30,598 nt of DNA, taken from positions 1 to 30,598 of IMG/VR virus record IMGVR_UViG_3300033067_000698, one strand, 5' to 3'. The stretch is from a virus. Its lineage: Duplodnaviria; Caudoviricetes. The notes beneath the pieces were generated by a model. It was not told where the DNA came from, did no database searches, and was given only the letters and a program-made list of their open reading frames with translations. The translations under genes were made by a program, and so were the position numbers. This document shows positions 7,692 through 13,762 of this stretch, one piece after another. The number at the start of each line of letters is the position of its first letter. Position 1 is the stretch's first letter.

Positions 7692-7767
7692 TGGTGGGGC
7701 CACTCGGATTCGAACCAAGATATGACGTCTTATGAGGACGCGGCATTAACCATTATGCTATAACCCC
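7692..7767 (-). tRNA. tRNA with CAU anticodon (Ile2/lysidine-type or elongator Met)
   Basis: GGGGTTA...TGGCCCC-A-CCA acceptor, D loop TAATGGTTA, anticodon arm GCGTC-CTCATAA-GACGT, T loop TTCGAAT; 76 nt. Not an initiator (1:72 paired, no GGG/CCC in the anticodon stem). Confidence 0.93.
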
Positions 7768-7924
7768 TATAGTTGTTATTATTTAAACCAATATAACGAT
7801 TTGTTTTTGTGTTGAAACAAGTTCCATTTTTAGTAATGATTAATGTACCATCATTAACTTTGCCTACGAAAAATTTCTCTGCTTCTGTCTGTCCTATACC
7901 TTTAGAAACCATTCTTTGAATCAT
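7730..7924 (-). CDS. hypothetical protein (3' end overlaps the tRNA)
   Basis: 64 aa ORF filling 7770-7924; its stop lies inside the tRNA gene. Confidence 0.45.
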   Translation of the reverse strand: MIQRMVSKGIGQTEAEKFFVGKVNDGTLIITKNGTCFNTKTNRYIGLNNNNYRGYSIMVNAASS

Positions 7925-7931
7925 ACCCTAC

Positions 7932-8132
7932 TTACAACGACCTGTCAAGCACCTTTTCATAGAAAAGACTTATGATAAAAGCAATGACCAAAAATGGCCA
8001 ACCAAGAGTATAAATGAATAACAATCCAAATTTTTCTTTAGTTGAGATATTTTGATACATATCATCTTCTTTTAGCATGAAAATTAATGCCCACATGCCA
8101 ATATAAGCAATAATAAAATATAGTGCAATCAT
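7932..8132 (-). CDS. small two-TM membrane protein
   Basis: Two hydrophobic segments, GWP motif. Confidence 0.65.
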   Translation of the reverse strand: MIALYFIIAYIGMWALIFMLKEDDMYQNISTKEKFGLLFIYTLGWPFLVIAFIISLFYEKVLDRSL

Positions 8133-8419
8133 TACATATTCTCCCTAATCCATTGAGCAATTTCTTTGAATGACATTTGTTTAACATCATTCATGTCAAT
8201 AAATTCATTAATCATTTTGTCACTAATATACTTACTAATAGCAACATAACCACTCATAAAATCATCACTGTATTGTGGAATATTGTTGATTTCACAAAAA
8301 ACACCAAGACAGCAATATTTATTATCTCTTTTTAATTGGGCAATCCCTTGTTCAAATTTATCAGATTCTAGGGCTTCGATCCACTTATCCCTCATTTCAG
8401 GTTCTAATTTATTCATCAT
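8132..8419 (-). CDS. hypothetical phage protein
   Basis: KWIEALES...CCLGVFC...MND...SFKEIAQWI pattern; GGAG RBS. Confidence 0.7.
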   Translation of the reverse strand: MMNKLEPEMRDKWIEALESDKFEQGIAQLKRDNKYCCLGVFCEINNIPQYSDDFMSGYVAISKYISDKMINEFIDMNDVKQMSFKEIAQWIRENM

Positions 8420-9094
8420 TTATACTCCTTGTTTAAAAGCTTTCATTACTTCATACATAATAATTGAAGCAGCGGATGCCACATTTAGAGAACGCATTAC
8501 ACCAAGTTGTGGAATGCTGACAACATGCTCAATTTTTGACAAAATATCATCAGGAATACCTGTTCCTTCTTGCCCCATAATGAAACAAGGCTTTAGACCA
8601 AAATAACAGCCACGATTAGGATATTTTACTGGTTCAATACAAGTTAAATAATCACCATTACTTCTGGTAGATACACCAATTTTATTCAAAAAATCATCAA
8701 TATCTTCACCACCAGTTTCAACGGCAATTGGTAGATATTTATTATCTTCCATAATTTTGAAAAAAGCATCTGCATCAATAGTTGTTTCATCAACCATTGC
8801 AGAATACTTTTCAATAGTTACATAATTTTGGGCACCAACTGCACCACGACGATCAAAATTCTTTCTACCAATGAGAAGAACCTTTTCGGCTCCAAACATG
8901 GCAGCAGAACGAATAATGCCAGATACATTAAGATCACCAGTAATGTTAAGTGCTGCAACAGCATAAGGAAGGCGAGACTTGGCTACAATTTCGTCCAATT
9001 CTTCCTTAGTCATATGCTTAAATTCTTCCCTCACATTGAAGGTATTCCTTTCAGCATTTTCCTTAATCATATCAGAATAATTAATAGTAGTCAT
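8420..9094 (-). CDS. SpoU/TrmH-family (SPOUT) RNA 2'-O-methyltransferase
   Basis: Motif 1 NVSGIIRSAAMFG, motif 2 IMGQEGTGI, motif 3 IPQLGVMRSLNVASAASIIMYE. Confidence 0.92.
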   Translation of the reverse strand: MTTINYSDMIKENAERNTFNVREEFKHMTKEELDEIVAKSRLPYAVAALNITGDLNVSGIIRSAAMFGAEKVLLIGRKNFDRRGAVGAQNYVTIEKYSAMVDETTIDADAFFKIMEDNKYLPIAVETGGEDIDDFLNKIGVSTRSNGDYLTCIEPVKYPNRGCYFGLKPCFIMGQEGTGIPDDILSKIEHVVSIPQLGVMRSLNVASAASIIMYEVMKAFKQGV

Positions 9095-9366
9095 GGTGCA
9101 ATGCCTTCATCCCAATCATATGTTTCTGGACCGTCTTCGCCATTTTTTACAATTTTTACAAATTCATTATATCTTTTTTCTGTTACACACAATGCCCTAA
9201 CAATTTGATCGATTACCCAAGTTTTATGATGGGCACCGTCAGTTTGACCATAAGAAGCAGCAATGTTTAATGCTTCCTTAATTCCGTTTGGAATTGTATG
9301 ATCAAACATTGAGTCATCTGCAAAGTCAACAAATTTTTCAAAATCTTTTTCAAATGTGTCAGTCAT
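9091..9366 (-). CDS. hypothetical phage protein
   Basis: GQTDGAHHKTWVIDQIVRAL...WDEGIAP; GGAGA RBS. Confidence 0.75.
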   Translation of the reverse strand: MTDTFEKDFEKFVDFADDSMFDHTIPNGIKEALNIAASYGQTDGAHHKTWVIDQIVRALCVTEKRYNEFVKIVKNGEDGPETYDWDEGIAP

Positions 9367-9386
9367 AATCTAGTCTCCAATTTGTA

Positions 9387-9420
9387 GAAAGACCCTAGTA
9401 CATTGCTGCACTAGGGTCAA
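9387..9420 (-). repeat. promoter/terminator stem-loop repeat, copy 3
   Basis: TTGACC-N17-TAGGGT within GACCCTAGTGCA-GCAA-TGTACTAGGGTC-TTTC, directly 3' of the tRNA-like RNA. Confidence 0.85.
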
Positions 9421-9428
9421 GGGTTAAA

Positions 9429-9519
9429 TGGTAGGAGTGCAAGGATTCGAACCTTGTGGAAAACGGTAATCAGCCGCTAAAGTGTTATAAGCACTTCCCC
9501 TGTGCCAACAGCCACTCCC
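9429..9519 (-). tRNA. atypical tRNA-Ile(UAU)-like RNA with a second GAU anticodon-like hairpin
   Basis: GGGAGTG/CACTCCT-A-CCA acceptor; CAAGG-TTCGAAT-CCTTG T arm; mini D arm CTGT-TGGC-ACAG; AAGTG-CTTATAA-CACTT; AGCGG-CTGATTA-CCGTT; 91 nt. Confidence 0.8.
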
Positions 9520-9524
9520 AAACT

Positions 9525-9716
9525 TCAACGTTTAATAGTTTTAACAATTATATCTTCGGCACAATACCAACAATCAACAATGTGCCATTCGCCATCTACA
9601 TAATTCATATGTTCAATTCTAATTTCTTTATCATTATAATAATTACATGATTGACAAGCCTGACAATAAACTTGTCTATTATAATAAGAACTTTCTTTAG
9701 ATTTAGGATGAAACAT
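9525..9716 (-). CDS. small Cys-rich hypothetical protein
   Basis: CQACQSC...CWYC; AAGGA RBS. Confidence 0.6.
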   Translation of the reverse strand: MFHPKSKESSYYNRQVYCQACQSCNYYNDKEIRIEHMNYVDGEWHIVDCWYCAEDIIVKTIKR

Positions 9717-9949
9717 TATATATTCCTTGAGTCTAATTCTTGTCTATAAATTTCAATTCCTTTAAATGCCCAACGTTGAGCATCTTGATACTGGTTTGCA
9801 AAACTTGCATAACAATATTCCATTTCTTCTACAGAAATCCTATGATATATTTGATGCCAATTTTGCATATCGATTATATGAGCAATCAATTCAGCATTAC
9901 TAAGAGATTTAGCCTTATTAGTAAATTCTTCAACTTCTCTTTTATCCAT
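9716..9949 (-). CDS. hypothetical protein (start at MDKREV)
   Basis: GGAGATTATATCATG leader. The longer track ORF starts inside a tRNA-like gene. Confidence 0.7.
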   Translation of the reverse strand: MDKREVEEFTNKAKSLSNAELIAHIIDMQNWHQIYHRISVEEMEYCYASFANQYQDAQRWAFKGIEIYRQELDSRNI

Positions 9950-9970
9950 GATATAATCTCCGTTAAAGAA

Positions 9971-10051
9971 TGGACCCCTAGACAGGATTCGAACCTGCAT
10001 TTTCAATCCAGTTACGGGTTAGAGGGTAGAAGCCACTGCCGTTACTAGGGG
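9971..10051 (-). ncRNA. tRNA-like RNA (Arg UCU-type loop), rearranged arm order, copy B
   Basis: CCCCTAG/CTAGGGG-T-CCA acceptor; GCAGG-TTCGAAT-CCTGT T arm; TA then ACGG..AGTGG-CTTCTAC-CCTCT..CCGT; then AACTGGATTGA. Confidence 0.8.
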
Positions 10052-10446
10052 ATATCATTCTTTTGTTTTCTTGAAGCAACACCTTTTAAAGCGGCTTCTT
10101 TATTCATACGTTTATATTCTTCTAATCCATATTTTTCAATAGTTCTTTCTTTAAGACTTTTAAAATTTGGATTAAAAAACTCATAATCTTTTCTATTATC
10201 AGAATCAGTGCCCCAATATAAATGATATGGATTAGAGCATTTAGGATTATTACACCCATGGCACACTAATATTCTGCATTTCTGATTTTTTGAATGAGGT
10301 ATAGTTGTTTTCAATGTATGTGCTAATAATCCTCTGAATATTCTTGAATCACCGCCTATTTCTATACATTTTTCATTTAGTTTAAGATGCGATCTTCGTT
10401 CTTCTCTAGATTTTGTCATCCATTCTGATATGTCTATAAATTCCAT
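10045..10446 (-). CDS. HNH-type (His-Cys/HNH_3-like) putative homing endonuclease
   Basis: VCHGCNNPKCSNPYHLYWGTDSDNRKD. Free-standing between two tRNA-like genes. Confidence 0.85.
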   Translation of the reverse strand: MEFIDISEWMTKSREERRSHLKLNEKCIEIGGDSRIFRGLLAHTLKTTIPHSKNQKCRILVCHGCNNPKCSNPYHLYWGTDSDNRKDYEFFNPNFKSLKERTIEKYGLEEYKRMNKEAALKGVASRKQKNDIP

Positions 10447-10463
10447 TTTATTATCTTAAAATT

Positions 10464-10542
10464 TGGCGCCCTTGGCAGGAGTCGAACCCGCATCAATCCA
10501 GTTATGCACCAGTCGCTTAGAAGGCGCGGCCAATACAAGGGC
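10464..10542 (-). ncRNA. tRNA-like RNA (Arg UCU-type loop), rearranged arm order, copy A
   Basis: GCCCTTG/CAAGGGC-G-CCA acceptor; GCGGG-TTCGACT-CCTGC T arm; TA then TTGG..CGC-CTTCTAA-GCG..CTGG; then AACTGGATTGA. Confidence 0.8.
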
Positions 10543-10552
10543 TGATTTCGTC

Positions 10553-10580
10553 ACTATACACTATTGATTGAGGCTGTCAA
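10553..10580 (-). promoter_or_regulatory. sigma70 promoter for the tRNA-like RNA cluster
   Basis: TTGACA-N16-TATAGT, about 10 nt upstream of the RNA 5' end. Confidence 0.7.
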
Positions 10581-10785
10581 GATGCCTTTTGATATCCGAG
10601 TAGGTATCTTTATCTTGTCTTTTATATGAATCTTTACGAGATTGTTTGAAAGGATATACAGCAATTAGTTTATTATTTATAAGAATTTTAAGATGTTTTG
10701 AACCGTTTTTTATATCAATTCGTTGACCACTATTCTTTAGTAGTTTAACAATATCGTTATCCATATGTCTAGGATACATAAGCAC
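10561..10785 (-). CDS. small basic protein, possible HicA-like fold
   Basis: IDIKNGSKHLKILINNKLIAVYP...YSDIKRHL; GGAG RBS; has its own promoter. Confidence 0.55.
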   Translation of the reverse strand: MLMYPRHMDNDIVKLLKNSGQRIDIKNGSKHLKILINNKLIAVYPFKQSRKDSYKRQDKDTYSDIKRHLDSLNQ

Positions 10786-10805
10786 TCCTATTTAAATGAT
10801 TATGT

Positions 10806-10834
10806 ATCCTAGCACACAGAATGAACAATGTCAA
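10806..10834 (-). promoter_or_regulatory. sigma70 promoter
   Basis: TTGACA-N17-TAGGAT. Confidence 0.7.
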
Positions 10835-10837
10835 GCC

Positions 10838-11419
10838 TTAGTAACCACAATCATATTCTTCAGTATGTGTTTTACCTTTTTCAATAACAATTGAAGCATT
10901 AGAATCAAAAATATTTTCGTAAATATCTTCTGGAATTTGGTTTAAAATTGTTTGCATTTCTTTAATTTTTTCAACAATAATAGGTCCGCGTTCACCTAAT
11001 ATTTCTTGTAATTCTTTATTCCATTTTTCAACATCTTGTGGATATTTTTCTTTATACCAATCACCAAATTCTCTAGTAATTTGAAATAAATTACTGTTGT
11101 TATCAAATGGATAACTTTCACCAAGTAAATCATTTACAGTAATTGGTTCGTCATCTTCATTTAATGAATCAGCCAAAATAAAATTAAAATCTCCCATTCT
11201 AAAAACACATGGATCGCCATCATTGAAGCCGGGCACCCATTGGCACCATGAAATATATTTCACTTCTGGCACTTGTTCAAAAAATTCATCAAATAAAGTT
11301 GAAAAATTGGTTTCAAGTTTGCCCATCATTTCTTTTCTAAGTTCATTATATCTTTCAACCATTTCTTTAATGGTTTCACCAGCAGTTTTATTAAATGTTT
11401 CTACTTTAAGTTCTTGCAT
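10838..11419 (-). CDS. acidic conserved phage protein
   Basis: ISWCQWVPGFNDGDPCVF motif; GGAGA RBS. Confidence 0.75.
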   Translation of the reverse strand: MQELKVETFNKTAGETIKEMVERYNELRKEMMGKLETNFSTLFDEFFEQVPEVKYISWCQWVPGFNDGDPCVFRMGDFNFILADSLNEDDEPITVNDLLGESYPFDNNSNLFQITREFGDWYKEKYPQDVEKWNKELQEILGERGPIIVEKIKEMQTILNQIPEDIYENIFDSNASIVIEKGKTHTEEYDCGY

Positions 11420-11422
11420 AAT

Positions 11423-11809
11423 TTATTCTCCTGTTTCATCTTGTTCAATAGAATTTGCAGCTTCAACAAATTTAGAAATTTCTTTCTTTCTTGTTGTTCC
11501 ACTCATCCATGGTTGTGGTGTCATATTTTTAAACCAATCTTCCAATGATGGAATACGGCCTAAATCTTCTAAAACATGATCTTCTGCAATGTCTCTTACA
11601 TTGACATGTTTTCCTTGGGAATTTACAATAGTTGTTCCGAAAATTTTCTCAACAATGTAAATGCCGAAGGCATTGTGAAACACCGCCCTATGGCGATGAT
11701 CAGCGATTGCAGACTTGCTAGAGTCCATCAAGTCATGGATGGCTAGGTAATCCTCTGGAATGCCTCCGTAGCGCCTTACAGAGGCTTTGGCATGGACATA
11801 GGGCTTCAT
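11423..11809 (-). CDS. DUF6915-like His-rich protein
   Basis: PYVHAKASVRRYGG..EDYLAIHDLMDSSK....DHRHRAVFHNAFG...VRDIAEDHVLEDLG.IPS. Confidence 0.78.
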   Translation of the reverse strand: MKPYVHAKASVRRYGGIPEDYLAIHDLMDSSKSAIADHRHRAVFHNAFGIYIVEKIFGTTIVNSQGKHVNVRDIAEDHVLEDLGRIPSLEDWFKNMTPQPWMSGTTRKKEISKFVEAANSIEQDETGE

Positions 11810-11823
11810 GATATAATCTCCAT

Positions 11824-12042
11824 TTATATAATATTTTTATAGGTTTCTTGTGAACCATCTTTTTTTGTAATTGTCACAATAAACTCAACATGTTCATATT
11901 CTTCACCAACTAATTTAGCAGCTTCTTTTGCTAAAGTTCCTTGTGGATCGCCCGGATAAATAGATGCCATTTTTAACAAAAATTCTGATTGTTCTCTGCG
12001 GCGTCTTTGGTGCCTTTTAGAACAAAGATGATATGGTTTCAT
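11824..12042 (-). CDS. hypothetical protein (start at MKPYHL)
   Basis: GGAGATTATATTATG leader. Confidence 0.65.
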   Translation of the reverse strand: MKPYHLCSKRHQRRRREQSEFLLKMASIYPGDPQGTLAKEAAKLVGEEYEHVEFIVTITKKDGSQETYKNII

Positions 12043-12055
12043 AATATAATCTCCA

Positions 12056-12241
12056 TCAAGCAGCAACAGAACATTCGGTATTACATACAGGACATTTAAT
12101 ATAAATCTCAGATGATACCCAAGTATCTACACGCCTAGCTTCATGTTCATAAAAATCAAATATGGTAGAACAATGATAACATGTGCATCTATATTTTTTA
12201 GGCTCTGGAATTTTGCCATGTTTAATAATCTCCACCATCAT
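12056..12241 (-). CDS. zinc-ribbon protein
   Basis: CYHC...CPVC. Confidence 0.7.
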   Translation of the reverse strand: MMVEIIKHGKIPEPKKYRCTCYHCSTIFDFYEHEARRVDTWVSSEIYIKCPVCNTECSVAA

Positions 12242-12606
12242 TTATCTCCAAATTTTTCTTTTAGTTTCAGATATGTAAAATATTCTAAATCTTCTTTTTT
12301 CTTTTTGTCTTCAATTGTTTTTTTACGTTTGTCAGCAGCTTCTTTTTTAGCCCTATCTCTTTCATCTTTAGCCAATGCTAATCGTTCCTCGACTTCTTTT
12401 TGAGTCTCTAAACGTTCATCAGTTATATAGAAAGTTTTAGAAGTGTCATAATAATCAGAATCAACCTCTACATAAAATTTAGCATTTTCGCCATATTTAC
12501 TAATTAGTTCTTTAAATGATGTATATTCAATATTATCAACGCAATCATTAATATATTTCATCATTGGTTCTGGATTATCAGAATATGTATAATAATTTCT
12601 AGCCAT
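12238..12606 (-). CDS. hypothetical protein with charged coiled-coil C-terminus
   Basis: 122 aa; GGAGA RBS. Confidence 0.7.
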   Translation of the reverse strand: MARNYYTYSDNPEPMMKYINDCVDNIEYTSFKELISKYGENAKFYVEVDSDYYDTSKTFYITDERLETQKEVEERLALAKDERDRAKKEAADKRKKTIEDKKKKEDLEYFTYLKLKEKFGDK

Positions 12607-12627
12607 AATGTAGTCTCCATTATTGAG

Positions 12628-12647
12628 AAAGGGGCCGAAGCCCCTTT
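12628..12647 (-). terminator. intrinsic terminator with UUCG tetraloop
   Basis: AAAGGGGC-TTCG-GCCCCTTT, typical of T4-like phages. Confidence 0.85.
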
Positions 12648-12651
12648 ACAA

Positions 12652-12747
12652 TTATTTTCTAAAATATTTTGCTATCCATTCTGGTTGTGGTAGGAAATTC
12701 CAACCAACAACTAGACCAGCAGCAAAACCTACGATTAACCAAACCAT
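12652..12747 (-). CDS. 31-aa membrane peptide (not in ORF track)
   Basis: MVWLIVGFAAGLVVGWNFLPQPEWIAKYFRK*; GGAGAG RBS; followed by a terminator. Confidence 0.7.
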   Translation of the reverse strand: MVWLIVGFAAGLVVGWNFLPQPEWIAKYFRK

Positions 12748-12759
12748 ATTACTCTCCTA

Positions 12760-13296
12760 TTAAATTTTAGACCATACATATTCTGTAATTTTTTCATAAA
12801 CTGTTCTAACTGATGTAGCTAGATTTTTAATACCATTCCAAATATTTACAATCACTCTATTTAGAATATCGCTCAATAGAGTCCATAGTAAAGAGAAGGG
12901 CCAATAAACAATCCACACCGCAATTGAATCTAAATGGTTAGAAACGCTTGGCATATAACGTTCAATTGCTTCTTTTCTTTTTTCAGCATTAACACCTTCC
13001 CAAGTATAAGACCATTTTTTCTTTTCGGAAAGAAGAAAGCGCCACCATTTGAAAAATGAATAAAGCAAACCAGAAAGTAAATACAAGCCAATAAATGCTA
13101 ACACATGCAATGGATTATACCATGCATAAACAAAAATGTTAAATGGAGGGGTAAAGAAAATATAATAAACAGCTAGACCAACTAGTGCTATAAATGTAAA
13201 TAAAATTGCCGACATTTCTTCAATAATATATGCAGAAATTAAGGCTAAAACTGGTATAATAAATAACAAAGAAAATGCGAATTGAAGATATTCCAT
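12760..13296 (-). CDS. multi-pass membrane protein
   Basis: Three to four hydrophobic segments; WIVYWPFS. Confidence 0.75.
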   Translation of the reverse strand: MEYLQFAFSLLFIIPVLALISAYIIEEMSAILFTFIALVGLAVYYIFFTPPFNIFVYAWYNPLHVLAFIGLYLLSGLLYSFFKWWRFLLSEKKKWSYTWEGVNAEKRKEAIERYMPSVSNHLDSIAVWIVYWPFSLLWTLLSDILNRVIVNIWNGIKNLATSVRTVYEKITEYVWSKI

Positions 13297-13321
13297 AATT
13301 AAGTTCCTTTTTTAAAAACAA

Positions 13322-13727
13322 AACAACTTTTCTGTTGCTAGGCAAGTTGACAGCCCCGAAAACATGGTTCTTACCTAAGAGCCCTTAAAGGGAATTAGGC
13401 AGCTAGCGCCATATCTCCATAGTTTGCATTATCGTTTGCATCTATGTTTATTTATGCTTTTACGCAGTCATCTACGGATAACTCAATGTTTTTTATCTAT
13501 TGCCAATCGATCCTAGGTCAACCCCATCAGGAACAATTATATTACCAAATTTCTTGGACTATTTTCTAGAATATCGTCCAATACTTTCCCTCATTATCTA
13601 TCAGGCTTGCGCTCGCCGTCATCTAGATTGCTGCTACCTACATGGTAGGATATAATTGCTCTTGGTGGAGTTGGCGGGAGTTGCACCCGCGTCTTGCCAA
13701 TTTTAATAACATGTCAACGTTATCAGT
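13322..13727 (-). ncRNA. ssrA: permuted (two-piece) tmRNA, alphaproteobacterial type; tag (A)ANDNANYGDMALAA
   Basis: Acceptor piece ends GCGGG-TGCAACT-CCCGC-CAACTCC-A-CCA (CCA at 13663-13665). Coding piece starts GGGGTTG at 13525 (G3:U70). Tag ORF at 13395-13439; GCAACAGAA near the 3' end. Outer ends are approximate. Confidence 0.93.
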
Positions 13728-13731
13728 CTCT

Positions 13732-13762
13732 TATTTATAGCATAGTCAGAGTCAGTTGTCAA
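13732..13762 (-). promoter_or_regulatory. overlapping early (sigma70) and late promoter for tmRNA
   Basis: TTGACA-N17-TATAAA, where the -10 is part of TATAAATA. Confidence 0.8.

Noticed and set aside
7674-7718. N-terminal extensions of track ORFs 7449..7718, 9716..10006, 2604..3059 and 29574..30347
   Set aside because: The extensions run through tRNA-like genes, hairpins or neighbouring genes. Downstream ATGs with better RBS or gene packing were used instead.
2553-9420. Palindromic 28-nt repeats as a CRISPR array
   Set aside because: Only three copies, spaced about 480 bp and 6.3 kb apart with whole genes between them; no cas genes; explained as promoter/terminator elements.
9429-9519. Selenocysteine or suppressor tRNA
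   Set aside because: The loops are UAU and GAU, not UCA/CUA/UUA; the acceptor is 7 bp; known genes read through with the standard code.
9971-10542. Group I intron or split tRNA containing the HNH ORF
   Set aside because: Each flanking RNA has its own complete acceptor stem, T arm and CCA, and there is no room for an intron core around the ORF.
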